Shown: positions 21,715-31,941, counted from the first letter of the stretch. The stretch is 64,000 nt of DNA from Candidatus Obscuribacterales bacterium (GCA_965228855.1 CBDDIJ010000002.1:896001-960000); one strand, 5' to 3'. Program-made: numbers and translations. The notes: generated by a model not told the origin, from the sequence alone.

Positions 21715-21920
21715 TCGACTGCCGACGTGTCCGAGTTGTGTATGATGTCTGTGTCGGCTGCCGTCGTTTGTCGAATCGAGCTGTGCATGTCTGTGTCGAC
21801 TGCCGAAGTTTGTCGAATCGAGCTGTGTATGTCTGTGTCGGCTGCCGTCGTTTGTCGAATCGAGCTGTGCGTGTCTGTGTCGACTGCCGACGTGTCCGAG
21901 TTGTCGGTGTCTGTCGAACT
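21715..21920. repeat. Imperfect tandem repeat, 42-bp unit, ~3-4 copies
   Basis: gtctgtgtcgRctgccg..gtttgtcgaatcgagctgtg repeated. Confidence 0.85.
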
Positions 21921-21965
21921 CGCGATGTATTTTCTTGTGTAGCTCTCGGTCCGGTGCGAGCCGAC

Positions 21966-22766
21966 TCAGATGTTTGAGTAGTGGTTGTGATTATCCAGAT
22001 ATTCCGACAAGTGTTTCAAAATGAGGGGCATCATAAAATTAGGTACCAGGACTAAGGTGGTATTACATGCTGAGGTGAGGATGGAAAGCGCTTCCACGGA
22101 AACACCGCGACGTTTTCCGCTTTCCACTTTGGATATCCAGCTCTGTGTAAAACCGCTTGAATTGGCAACCTCCGCTTGAGTCATTCCCATATGAGAGCGG
22201 TGAGCCTTTAGCGCCTGCAAAAGCAAGTCTGGGTCTCCCATCGCATAACATTTTTCGCGCATGCTGATGCAGTCGGAGCATCCGTTGAGATTGTGCCTTT
22301 TGACCGCATCATTGATTGTTTCAATATTGGAAAAACGTGAAACGCTAGGCTCCGTGGACTTCACTGAAGCAAAATTGTCTTTCTCGTCACTCACCCACAA
22401 GCAACGATCGTCGACCAGTAACAGTAGCGAACGAATTTCCCTTCTGAAAGAAACGTGCGCTCCATGCTCTTTTAGGGAAAAGACAAAGGTGTGAAAGTTG
22501 CTGAACGGAGGAATTTTGATACCTCGGAAACTGTCGGGAGGTTGCAGGAGAAAGCAAATTTCGACTCCACGCTCTCGGCATTCGCTCAAGAGTTGAAGCT
22601 GTTTAGCTATAAGTGCGCTTTCGTTAGTTGTTGCCTGCAGCACAATTCTGTACCGAGCCGTTCTAATGTCGGCGACAATCTTCGACCAAACTGACTCATT
22701 GTCATAGATGTCTACGTAAGCAGGCTTCACATACCGATAGCTGTTATGGATGTTTTTGATGGTCAT
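21966..22766 (-). CDS. Degenerate PLD-like domain + CxxC + XRE helix-turn-helix protein
   Basis: C-terminal MTQAEVANSSGFTQSWISKVESG is a clear XRE HTH; N-terminus resembles the PLD fold without HKD. Confidence 0.7.
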   Translation of the reverse strand: MTIKNIHNSYRYVKPAYVDIYDNESVWSKIVADIRTARYRIVLQATTNESALIAKQLQLLSECRERGVEICFLLQPPDSFRGIKIPPFSNFHTFVFSLKEHGAHVSFRREIRSLLLLVDDRCLWVSDEKDNFASVKSTEPSVSRFSNIETINDAVKRHNLNGCSDCISMREKCYAMGDPDLLLQALKAHRSHMGMTQAEVANSSGFTQSWISKVESGKRRGVSVEALSILTSACNTTLVLVPNFMMPLILKHLSEYLDNHNHYSNI

Positions 22767-23039
22767 TTTGTCTCACTCAAGTCAAAGACACGAAACGGAT
22801 GCAATCTGAATCCACAGAGCGCCGTGCTTATCGGCGTTCCGTGGTTGCACTGGTAAAATTATGACGGCAGAGTGCCTGTCTGAGCTGGTTATCTAATGTA
22901 CTTCTAGTGGCGAACAGGAAGATCAGAAAGTTCGCTGTAGTTCTGTCAATGCCGGTTTATGTTGCAGTTGGCATATTCGTCTAAATTTCATGCCGGTTAG
23001 TACTTTCGGGTGCCTAACGTGAGTCGACTCGACACGCAG

Positions 23040-23170
23040 CCCACCCGGACAGGACCCGGCAGTACCCGCCAGCCCTGGCAGCTCGGCAGCAACCGGTAGC
23101 CCCGGTGGCCCGGCAGTACCGGCGGCCCGGCAGTACCGGCAGCAACCGGTAGCCCCGGCGTCCCCGGTCG
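23040..23170. repeat. GC-rich short degenerate repeats (cccggcagtaccggc-like)
   Basis: Seen directly in sequence. Confidence 0.7.
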
Positions 23171-23289
23171 CGCTTTCTCTCAATGGTGCGAAGGTTGATA
23201 GTACTACGTCATGTCGCAATAATTGGTTGACGAAAAACACATGGAGTAAGAAATAGTTGGGCAGGAAAATGTTATGAAGGCTGGAAAAC

Positions 23290-23323
23290 GAAGGGGAGCC
23301 ATCTAAAGAAATGGCTCCCCTTC
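23290..23323. terminator. Strong hairpin downstream of TPR gene
   Basis: gaaggggagccat / atggctccccttc inverted repeat. Confidence 0.65.
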
Positions 23324-23462
23324 TATGTAACCACAATTATTTTTTGTCTCTAGTATCCGACTAACATGGCTTTTCTAGAGGCTCGGACGCAACCGTCCAT
23401 CAGGCTAGGTCATTCCAGTGACCAAGCCACCGGCCCACGCGACCGCACCATAGTCAGCCCAG

Positions 23463-24281
23463 CTAGCTCGCCTCCGGCGGCAGCATGGCTTGAGCTTGTT
23501 CGCGGAGGAGCCCGGCGCGTGCCTCGAACACGTCAGCCTGCGTTGAGAGCAGGTAGGCGCGATTCGGGTCGTCGGGGAAGCGCTTCAGCCCGTCCTTGAT
23601 GATGCGTTCAGCGCGGTCGAGGTTGCCGGCGCTGTAGTTGTAGCTCGCGGCGTGCGTCCAGGCATGCAGCGATTCGGCGTTCGGTTGCACCTTCTTGCTC
23701 TTCGCGAGCTTGAGGCCACGCTCGGAGTGGTCGACAGCCGCTTTCAGGTCGCCGAAGCGGAAATACATCGCCGCGACATTCGTGAGATTGCCGCAGAGAG
23801 CGTCGAAGTTGCCGTTTCGTTCCCAAACAGCAAGCGCTTTCTGGTACCAGTCCAGCGCTTCCTGTCGGGTGGCGGCGCGGTTGGCCGGGCGAGACTTCAT
23901 GCTGAAGCAGCAGAAGACGAGGAAGAGGTAACCCTCCGCCATCTCGTTGCTGTCCGGCGCGATGTTCTCGAGCAGGATGACAGCGTCGCGTCCCCTGGAG
24001 TAGGCGCCGCGGAAGTCGCCCTTCTTGTAGAGAGCGTCGGCATCTTCGAGCATCAGCTTGGCGCCCGCCACGTCTTTGAACGTGTAGACCGCCTGGCCGA
24101 TGGGGGTTTCGACGTCTTCGACAATCAGAGTCGCAACGGCGCGACCGCTCTCCCTGGGGGTCTGGATGTCGATCTTCGGGATGGTGCCGGCGGCGAAGTC
24201 CTGGGTATGCAGCTCCTTCCCGTTGTACGTCACTCGAATCTTGGCGTCGATCTGGAGTGGGTCAAAGAGTTCAACACGCAT
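23463..24281 (-). CDS. Tetratricopeptide repeat protein
   Basis: Helical repeats such as ALDWYQKAL and GDLKAAVDHSERGL; AAGGA SD. Confidence 0.75.
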   Translation of the reverse strand: MRVELFDPLQIDAKIRVTYNGKELHTQDFAAGTIPKIDIQTPRESGRAVATLIVEDVETPIGQAVYTFKDVAGAKLMLEDADALYKKGDFRGAYSRGRDAVILLENIAPDSNEMAEGYLFLVFCCFSMKSRPANRAATRQEALDWYQKALAVWERNGNFDALCGNLTNVAAMYFRFGDLKAAVDHSERGLKLAKSKKVQPNAESLHAWTHAASYNYSAGNLDRAERIIKDGLKRFPDDPNRAYLLSTQADVFEARAGLLREQAQAMLPPEAS

Positions 24282-24413
24282 GGTTGATTCCTTCGTTTAG
24301 TCTGGGTCGTTGGCGTTCGGCTCCGCATCAGTCTCTCGGTGAATTGGAGCCTGGCGTCGGTTAGATTCAAGTTCGCGAGTCAGCGAGTCCAGCGATTCGC
24401 CGACATTCGCTTG

Positions 24414-24626
24414 TCAGTCCGTATCGTCGTCGCCCAGGTCGAGCGCGCAGGAGCCGCCGTCGTGGAGGTCGCACGGCTTCATGCATTCGACGCAGTGACC
24501 ATTGATCAGGGTTGCGGACGGGCGGCGGCAGCTCTTGCAAGTGCCGGCATCGTGCCCGGTCAAACCAATACCGCAATGAACCGTCGGGTTCTTCACGGTG
24601 TCGGCATCGAGGATATTTCGGTCCAT
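24414..24626 (-). CDS. Small Cys-rich putative metal-binding protein
   Basis: GGAAGG SD; CKSC, CVEC and further Cys/His in 70 aa. Confidence 0.55.
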   Translation of the reverse strand: MDRNILDADTVKNPTVHCGIGLTGHDAGTCKSCRRPSATLINGHCVECMKPCDLHDGGSCALDLGDDDTD

Positions 24627-25052
24627 AGTTTACCTTCCGGTCTTCAGAGTGAGGTTTCCACGAAAACGACGACACACTCCCCCTCTCGAAAGAGTGGCAG
24701 GAAATGCTTGCAGAGTTTGGTGTGTCGGGAGTCGGTGTGTTTTCTTCGCGGAAACGTTGATATAAAGCACGCTAAGCCTAAAGGCTCATATTGGCTCTTA
24801 CCAAAGAGCCCTATATTCGGTTTGAAACAAATGTTTGTTTCTTGACAATATGCTCGCGCGAACTTCGCGCCGGTTTGCGGTTCCGGAATGTCATGTGTCA
24901 CAAGAGTCGCCGCTGAAGCACATCAACTACCATTGAAAGTCTTTATATTTCACTTAGAGCGAACTTAGGAAAACGCCATCCAGTCCGGGCTAGCGCAACT
25001 CACGCGGTGCTGGCTAAAGCATATCGAAGTAATATCAATGCTTGAACGCCTG

Positions 25053-25232
25053 CTCGACCTACGCGGATACTCGAAACGCATTGTGTGACTCGACCTACGC
25101 GGATACTTCAAACGCATTGTGTGACTCGACCTACGCGGATACTTCAAACGCATTGTGTGACTCGACCTACGCGGATACTCCAAACGCATTGTGTGACTCG
25201 ACCTATGCGGACGCTCCAAACGCTTTGTATGA
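25053..25232. repeat. Tandem repeat, 36-bp unit x5, no spacers
   Basis: ctcgacctacgcggatacttcaaacgcattgtgtga at 25053, 25089, 25125, 25161 and 25197. Confidence 0.95.
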
Positions 25233-25247
25233 CGCGACTCTCCGCAT

Positions 25248-26771
25248 TCATTTACCCCGCACGATCATTCTGAGTTCGATTATGCCTTGCCTGATTTGGC
25301 TTTCGCTCATGTTCCCGTATCCAAGAATGAATTCACCGCGCGCAGCGTTTCGAGTATACGAAGAGCGCGTGCTGGTCAAGGCAATACCACGCGCCAGCGC
25401 CCGTTCCAATATTTCGTCGTCCTCGAGATCGCATTTGATTCGGATTAGCGTGGATAGTCCTGCGTGGTCACCATATGTGGTGGCGCATTCGCTCAGGTGA
25501 TCCTGAATGGCTTCGAGTAATGCCTTGCGTCGATGTGCGTAAGTGGTGCGCATTCGCCGCACATGGCGTTCCAGCAATCCCGTGGAGATAAACTCTGCCA
25601 GGGCGTCTTGAACCTGGATAGCGATGTTGTCTGCCGCTAACCAACGCGCTTTTGTATAAACCGATATCAGTTTTGGCGGCAAAACCATGAACGCGATCGC
25701 CAGAGATGGATACAAGATTTTTGTGAAAGAGCTCAGGTAGAGAACTTGTTCTTCCTTGTCGAGCGTTTTCATCGCTGGGATCGGATTGCCCTTGTATCTG
25801 AATTCGCTATCAAAGTCATCTTCGATTATTAGGGCACCGCATTCGGTGGCCCATTTTATCAGTTCCAGTCGGCGTGCAAGCGAAAGAACGGCTCCGGTTG
25901 GGAATTGATGAGATGGTGTAACGTACACGGCTTTGACATTGTGGCGAGACAGTTTTGCCAAACGCTCCGTTTTCATTCCTCCCTGATCGACGTCGATGCT
26001 GCGGATCTGCGCGCCATAGGTTCTAAACACATCTCGTATTGGTCTGTACGAGGGGTTCTCGACCAGGAGCTCCATCCCGGCTTCAGCATGAAGCTTCGCC
26101 ATCAGGTCTAGTGATTGAGCAAGTCCGCAATTGATTACCACTTGTTCGGGCTGGCACGTGAGCCCTCGGGTGCGAAGAAGTCGCTCTGCAATAGCGGCTC
26201 TCAAAGGCATATGACCAAGGGGGTCTGAAGCGTAGTCCAGTAGGCGCGAGTCCGGTTTCCGAAAAGTCTTTGACACAATTCGCGACCAGTCAGTCAGCGG
26301 AAGCTCATCGAAAGCCGGTTGCCAATTGAAAAAGGGAAATCGAACATGCTCCAGGCGAGGTGATTGTGTTTCCGTCAAAGATAGGCGTCGACCAAAAGTA
26401 GACAAAATCTCGCGCTCATCAGACGCATCGGCTGCTGGTTTCCGTGTGTCGCGTGCTCGCCTGTCGTCAATACGTTTACTTGATTGCTCGATATGTGTGG
26501 AGGCAAGGCTTGCTCGATCCCTGTCCGTAACGAACGTTCCAGAGCCAGTTTGACTAGACAAATAGCCTTCCGCTAGAAGTTGGTCGTAAGCGTTGACGAC
26601 GGTTTTTCGCGATACCCCTAGAAGCTCAGCGAGTTTTCTCGAGGGAGGTAATCGCACTCCGGGTAGGAGCTCGCCAGTGAGAATGAGGGCCCGGAGCTGT
26701 GCGTAGATCTGAGTTTGAAGTTGCTCTGGCGCGTCAGGGTCTATTGATAAGTTGAATACGTCTGCTTCCAT
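25248..26771 (-). CDS. GntR/MocR family PLP-dependent transcriptional regulator
   Basis: LPPSRKLAELLGVSRKTV wHTH; YVTPSHQFPTG, IIEDDFDSEFRY, SFTK. Confidence 0.95.
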   Translation of the reverse strand: MEADVFNLSIDPDAPEQLQTQIYAQLRALILTGELLPGVRLPPSRKLAELLGVSRKTVVNAYDQLLAEGYLSSQTGSGTFVTDRDRASLASTHIEQSSKRIDDRRARDTRKPAADASDEREILSTFGRRLSLTETQSPRLEHVRFPFFNWQPAFDELPLTDWSRIVSKTFRKPDSRLLDYASDPLGHMPLRAAIAERLLRTRGLTCQPEQVVINCGLAQSLDLMAKLHAEAGMELLVENPSYRPIRDVFRTYGAQIRSIDVDQGGMKTERLAKLSRHNVKAVYVTPSHQFPTGAVLSLARRLELIKWATECGALIIEDDFDSEFRYKGNPIPAMKTLDKEEQVLYLSSFTKILYPSLAIAFMVLPPKLISVYTKARWLAADNIAIQVQDALAEFISTGLLERHVRRMRTTYAHRRKALLEAIQDHLSECATTYGDHAGLSTLIRIKCDLEDDEILERALARGIALTSTRSSYTRNAARGEFILGYGNMSESQIRQGIIELRMIVRGK

Positions 26772-26940
26772 AACATCAATTTGTTTTGTCCGGTCCGTTT
26801 CGCGGCGCTGGTGGGCGTAAACAGGGCATTGAACGATTCGGAATTGGGATATTGTCTTGTAATGCCCACAGAGCTTTAGATATTGAGATTGAGGGTTGCC
26901 GGTTCTGCAACATTACTTTGTTAATGGTGCCCAAGCAGGG

Positions 26941-27073
26941 GTACCAATAAACTCGGTCTAATGATTGAAAAGGTTAATTAGTCTGCATTCTTGCGTATCG
27001 GGGGGTAGAGGATACCAATTTTATGAATTGGTACCCTGAAGTTCGTGTGGAATTAAATGTTGCAGGTGCCAAT
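26941..27073. promoter_or_regulatory. Putative MocR/GabR-type operator (RTRCCAAT direct and inverted repeats)
   Basis: gtaccaat 26941, ataccaat 27012, attggtac 27027, gtgccaat 27066; B. subtilis GabR binds ATACCA repeats. Confidence 0.5.
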
Positions 27074-27143
27074 TGTGCATCTTGACAATCGATCTTATTC
27101 TGAACCCATCAACCCCATGCCACTCCCCCCGTGAGGTACCTAA

Positions 27144-28055
27144 GTGATTTACTCTGCTAACCCAATTCGAACTGAAGAAGCGGCGGCGCTTGAAGGTTTC
27201 AAAACGAGCTTGGACAGCCAGTCTATGGCTGCGCACACTCAACGCGCATATGTTTCTCGAGTAAGAAAATTTCTTTCCTATATGAATGAACAGGGCAACA
27301 ATTCGATTCAGCAAGATGGCGGAACCTGGCATGAGCAGGTCAACGGCTACGTCAATCATTTGAAAACAGTTGAGACTGCGAGTCAAAATACGGTTAACAA
27401 TGTCATCACTGCCCTGGAAAAATTTGTTGATTTTCTCGGTGCGGACATGCCGAGGGTGGCTCGTGAGTCTTGGCCGAAATCGGCTCCGCGACCGCTTTCT
27501 GAAGATGAGGAAAGACGGTTTGTCGAAGCGACCTATCGACATCGCAGTGCGAAAGATCGCGCGATTTCCTTTTTGCTTCTCTATACAGGCATGAAAATCG
27601 GTGAGTGTGTCGGGCTCAACATGGACGATGTCCTGCTTGCTGCCGACACCGGCCGCGTAATGGTGAAAGGAAGTCGAGTAATTCCATTGAATGCACCGAC
27701 CAGAAAAGCCCTTTACGATTGGCTCACAGAGCGGAGTCGCAGATTTGGTGATTGCGAGGAAAAGGCTGTTTTTCTAAATCCGATGGGCCGCAGAATCTCG
27801 ACTGTAGGTGTAGACTGTATCGTCCGCAAGATCGGTCATCGTGCTCATCTCAATCTGTCTGCGCAGGTTTTGAGAGATACGTGTCTGACAAACTTGGTCC
27901 GCAATGGCAACGATCTTATGCTCGTGGCGGCGATCGGAGGTCATAGAACGCTGGAGACAACGAAGCGTTACGCTGGTGTCTCCGGCACTCCGACTGTCTC
28001 TTCAGAGGTCATGGAGAGTTTGACTAATCGAGTTGCGGCGTTCGCTCTGCATTGA
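27144..28055 (+). CDS. Tyrosine recombinase, XerC/D-like, atypical catalytic residues
   Basis: LLYTGMKIGE, VMVKG, AQVLRDT, GHRTLETTKRY; N-terminal SAM-like domain. Confidence 0.85.
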   Translation: MIYSANPIRTEEAAALEGFKTSLDSQSMAAHTQRAYVSRVRKFLSYMNEQGNNSIQQDGGTWHEQVNGYVNHLKTVETASQNTVNNVITALEKFVDFLGADMPRVARESWPKSAPRPLSEDEERRFVEATYRHRSAKDRAISFLLLYTGMKIGECVGLNMDDVLLAADTGRVMVKGSRVIPLNAPTRKALYDWLTERSRRFGDCEEKAVFLNPMGRRISTVGVDCIVRKIGHRAHLNLSAQVLRDTCLTNLVRNGNDLMLVAAIGGHRTLETTKRYAGVSGTPTVSSEVMESLTNRVAAFALH

Positions 28056-28100
28056 GGCAACGCTTAGAAGCATTCACCGAAGTAGATGAGTGGTAAGCAG

Positions 28101-28130
28101 AAAACCCGCCTAGCAAGCGGGTTTTCTTTT
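28101..28130 (+). terminator. Rho-independent terminator
   Basis: aaaacccgc / gcgggtttt followed by T-run. Confidence 0.8.
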
Positions 28131-28223
28131 GGTTTTGCGCGAGTACCAAGATTGGATTGTTTCTCAACCGGCTTTGTCGTCTCGCCTGAACGCTCTCTGT
28201 GCATCTGCTCTCTGCTCTCCGCG

Positions 28224-28352
28224 CTCTTCGCTCTGCTCGCTGTTTCTCTGCTCGCTGCTCGCTGCACTCTTCGCTCTGCTCGCTGTTTCTCTGCTCGCTG
28301 CTCGCTGCACTCTTCGCTCTGCTCGCTGTTTCTCTGTTCGCTGCTCGCTGCA
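28224..28352. repeat. Pyrimidine-rich tandem repeat, 43-bp unit x3
   Basis: Units at 28224, 28267 and 28310. Confidence 0.9.
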
Positions 28353-28650
28353 CCTCCGTTCTCTGTTTTCTGCTCTCTACTCTCTACGTTCCGCCCTCCG
28401 CCTCTGTCTCTGCTTCTGCCTGCTGTCGGGTTCGGCTCCCCCATGCGCGTCTTGGGAGTGCGTGAACTGCTGCCACTTCCCTACCTCTCGCGCTTACTGT
28501 GGGATATCGTAGAGGTGGAGGTTTTAAAAAGTGGGGGCGGGGTTGAGCTTTTATGGTTTCCCAAAAAGGAGGAGCGCAAGCAAGTGGGCTGCCTGCGCTC
28601 CTCCTCGGCGATGGCGCAACGCTATGGCTTCAGGATGTTGAGGTTTCCGA

Positions 28651-28866
28651 CTAGAACAGTGACGGACAGTCCGGCGGTTTGTGACCGAACGGATTGGAAG
28701 GCGCCGGTAAGTTGGGTTGCGCTTCCCGTGCGCGTTGGCGGCGCCGTTCGGCTTCCTCTTGAAGATGGGGCGGCACGAACCCGTACGAACCTCCGAGCGC
28801 GCCACCAAAATCGAGGGTGGGTGGCAGTTTCGGCTGCTCGGGCTTTGAATTCTGCGGTTTACTCAT
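28651..28866 (-). CDS. Small Pro-rich hypothetical protein
   Basis: AAGGA SD, co-oriented at the end of the MoxR operon. Confidence 0.45.
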   Translation of the reverse strand: MSKPQNSKPEQPKLPPTLDFGGALGGSYGFVPPHLQEEAERRRQRAREAQPNLPAPSNPFGHKPPDCPSLF

Positions 28867-28964
28867 GTATTTGTTCCTTGAATGAACTGTTGTTGTTTGA
28901 GAAGCGGAAGCGCCTCACAGCGAGGCGCTTCCGTTCGATTACACTGCTTCGAAACGCGGTTTCG

Positions 28965-29927
28965 CTATGCGACGACCGGACTGATCGTCGCTCTGGAAGT
29001 CGCTTGCCGGGCGAGCAGCATTCGTTCCATGACCGTCATCAACTCATGTGCCTTCGCCAGCTCGACTTCATCGATCTGCGTGTCGGTCCAGAGCGCCTTT
29101 TCGCAAATCGCGAGGAACGCGATCAACGGCTCTTTCTCGGGGAGCGCGCTGCCGGATAGCTCCGAAACCGTGAGCGGATCGACGCCGAAGAAGGTGCGGA
29201 CAAGCCCGGCAACGTTCGTGAACGCGAGTTTGTTGCGGTCTCCTTCGATGATCACGCTCCATGCTTCTTGCACTGCGGTCCAGCCCGCCGGGAACGGGCC
29301 CGGATTGACCTTCGGTCGGCGCTTCAAGCGCGGCAGGCGCTTGCCGACTAGCATGTGCACGGCGACCACAACTCCGCAGCCGCCGGCAAGGATGTACGCC
29401 GCAGTCAGCCAGAGATGACCGTCGTTGATCAGGGTAAGGTCGGCTTCCTTTGGGTGCTCACTCTTTCGACCGTCGTAGGTTTGCGAAGTGTAGACCTCGA
29501 CCGTGAGAAGATCGAGTTTCTTCGGGTCACCATCGGCGGTGCTTTTGTAAGTGATGGTCGGTTTGACTTCGAGCTTCGGTTTCAGCACGAATGCCTGGAG
29601 TACAAGGTCGACGCGGACGAGTGTGTCCTCGCCCCTCGCCTCCCTGTATTCTTTGCGCGAAACCACCTCGAAATCACCGTTGACGACCATCTGTTCTGTC
29701 AGCAACTCCATCCCGGGAAGGAGTTGGAAGTACAACGTGACCGGCACGTGGTTGCCGGTGCGAAAGCCGAAGTCGCGGTCTTTGACTTCGGTGTTGTAGC
29801 GCGGAGCATCCTGCTTTGCAGTCAGAAAGTCCGGCCACTGCCGTTCGCGTCGCACTTGCACGACCGTCGTCACCGCCACTGCGAGGGCGACGATGGCAAT
29901 TGCGGCGATAATCGGTTTCTTCTTCAT
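28965..29927 (-). CDS. Membrane-anchored MoxR/VWA operon accessory protein (MxaA/BatD-like by context)
   Basis: Two TMs; operon context. Confidence 0.65.
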   Translation of the reverse strand: MKKKPIIAAIAIVALAVAVTTVVQVRRERQWPDFLTAKQDAPRYNTEVKDRDFGFRTGNHVPVTLYFQLLPGMELLTEQMVVNGDFEVVSRKEYREARGEDTLVRVDLVLQAFVLKPKLEVKPTITYKSTADGDPKKLDLLTVEVYTSQTYDGRKSEHPKEADLTLINDGHLWLTAAYILAGGCGVVVAVHMLVGKRLPRLKRRPKVNPGPFPAGWTAVQEAWSVIIEGDRNKLAFTNVAGLVRTFFGVDPLTVSELSGSALPEKEPLIAFLAICEKALWTDTQIDEVELAKAHELMTVMERMLLARQATSRATISPVVA

Positions 29928-30081
29928 ACCGTTCTTCCTTTCGTAAGGGGTCAACGAATTGACTCTGTGAAGTTGGGGCGCCTCATCGTGAGGCGCAGGC
30001 GTTGGCGTAGGTCTCGTAGGTCTGTCAATGAGGGAGCGACGGAATTCGCTAAAACTGTCGCTCTTGGATTGACAGAACGTT

Positions 30082-31122
30082 TCAGGATGGCGTTTGCGGT
30101 TTCTTCCCCGAACGCCGCGCCGCTGTTGCCAGTGGAGTGAGGCTGATCAGGATGAGGAACACCAGGCACGGGTAGAAGTACAATTCCTTCACGCCGACCT
30201 TTTCCTTCGGGCTCATCCGCGAAGCGAGGGGCTTGAAGCGGAACTGCCCGGGCTTGCTGACTTGCAGGAAGGTGGCATTTTCGCCGACCGCTTTGGTCAA
30301 CTGGCTGAGTGTGGCGACGTCGAGCGAGGTGAGAGCGTGCTTTCCCTCGATTTTGTAGAACTGGTCCATGGCCAGCCTGCGGTCTTCCTCGCCCAGCTCC
30401 TCCACGGGGATTAGCGCTGCGTGCGGCGTTCCAAGCCCGACCACGATGAGCGTGATGTTGCGCTCACGGCAACCTTTGGCGATTTCCTCGAGGTTGGAAT
30501 CGTCGTCAGTGCCACCATCGGACAGCAAGACAATCATCTTGCGCCGCGTCGGATCGCTGTCGTGGTCGAAGTATTTGAACGCCAGTTCGAAGGCGCCGCC
30601 CATGTCGCTACCCTGTCCCGGCGCGCTCGAAATCTTGAGTTCGTGGCTGGCGAGCCACGTAACAGTATCGAGTTCGCCTGTAAGGTAAACGACCGGCGTT
30701 GCTTGCCCGGCGTAGGAGACTACGCCGAGCTGGTTGCGGTCCAGGGACGGGATGATCTCGTCCCGCAGAATTGTTCGCGCCATGTTGAGCCGGGTCGTTC
30801 CGCTGCAATCGCGCGCCGCCATGCTGCGGCTCACGTCGAACAGAGTCACGACATCGACTGAACCGGCAGGAAACTCAACGTGCTTGCTCTCTACTGCCGG
30901 ACGAGCGAGCGCGAGGAAACCGGCTGCGAGAGCCAGACTCGCGAGCACTCCCTTGGTGACGTAGGCACGTCCGCTAATCTTCTTGCTGTAACGGTCGGCG
31001 TTGTCTGCCGCTCCCCAGGCGCCGATCATCGACTGCTGCTTGCGAAACGCAAGCCAGGCGATCGCGACGCCCATCAGCGCAAGCGGCAACCAGAGCCACG
31101 CTTGCTCATTGAGAAAGCTCAT
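30082..31122 (-). CDS. VWA domain membrane protein (BatB/MxaL-like)
   Basis: ALARP, MIDAS DVSRSM, VLLSDGG. Confidence 0.88.
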   Translation of the reverse strand: MSFLNEQAWLWLPLALMGVAIAWLAFRKQQSMIGAWGAADNADRYSKKISGRAYVTKGVLASLALAAGFLALARPAVESKHVEFPAGSVDVVTLFDVSRSMAARDCSGTTRLNMARTILRDEIIPSLDRNQLGVVSYAGQATPVVYLTGELDTVTWLASHELKISSAPGQGSDMGGAFELAFKYFDHDSDPTRRKMIVLLSDGGTDDDSNLEEIAKGCRERNITLIVVGLGTPHAALIPVEELGEEDRRLAMDQFYKIEGKHALTSLDVATLSQLTKAVGENATFLQVSKPGQFRFKPLASRMSPKEKVGVKELYFYPCLVFLILISLTPLATAARRSGKKPQTPS

Positions 31123-31132
31123 GGCGTGCTCC

Positions 31133-31846
31133 TTACAGTTTGGTGTTGGAGGGATTGGCTGGCTTGGGTTTGTCTCCGTCGTTGCCGCCCTTGCCACCAC
31201 CACTGCTCAGCAACCTCTCCAGGTTGTAGATTGTGATGATGTTGTCCGGGTCGTGCTTGAGACTGAGTTTGTAAGCCGAGATCGCCTCCTCGTTTTTATG
31301 ACTATTGGCGTAGGCGTTTCCAATCAGGAATTGAATGTCCGCGGCCAACTGTTTGTGACGCGGCTCGACGTTGCCATCGCTATCAGTGAGTGAAGCGTAG
31401 GCCTTCGTCAATGCCGTCGTTGCGGCCTCGTACTGGTTGTTCTGATACAGTTCGAAGCCGTGATTGTATCGGGCTCCGCGGCGGTCTCCTACAACCGTGT
31501 CCGTAGCCTGCCAGCTCGCGCGCAGCGTAGCTACGACTGTTTTGCTAAGCCAGCTTTCTTCGGCGAACAGCTCAGGAAGCGGTCCTTCCTCCTTGTCGGC
31601 GAAGTTGTAGTCGGTCAGTCCTTTGGCCGCCATTTCATAGTCCCCCCGCAGCATCGGCACGGAATACTGATTTAGCCGGACGAATCCGGTGGTGAGAAGC
31701 AAAGCGCTTCCGATGAGCAGCCCGACTGGTCGCCAGTTCTTGAGCGCCCAGCGAGAAGAATCGCCGAACACGTGAACCACGCTCATGACCATGAAGCTGA
31801 TGGCGACGACCATTTGTCGCGCCATCTTGGAGAAAAACTGGCGCAT
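31133..31846 (-). CDS. TPR protein (BatC/MxaK-like)
   Basis: IGNAY...AISAYKLSLKHDPDN...YNLE. Confidence 0.8.
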   Translation of the reverse strand: MRQFFSKMARQMVVAISFMVMSVVHVFGDSSRWALKNWRPVGLLIGSALLLTTGFVRLNQYSVPMLRGDYEMAAKGLTDYNFADKEEGPLPELFAEESWLSKTVVATLRASWQATDTVVGDRRGARYNHGFELYQNNQYEAATTALTKAYASLTDSDGNVEPRHKQLAADIQFLIGNAYANSHKNEEAISAYKLSLKHDPDNIITIYNLERLLSSGGGKGGNDGDKPKPANPSNTKL

Positions 31847-31941
31847 GTTGCACCCCTTTCTGGTGTTCTGGGTGGAAGGAATCGGCAGCGCCGCGGTGAC
31901 GTGTTCTGTCTCCGCCGACACGCTTTGGCTGCCGATCCCGG

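Noticed and set aside
25053..25232. CRISPR array (36-bp repeats)
   Set aside because: Units are head-to-tail with no unique spacers, and there are no cas genes in the window
28024..29159. Cys/Ser/Leu-rich ORFs over the 43-bp repeat
   Set aside because: Low-complexity shadow ORFs crossing a terminator
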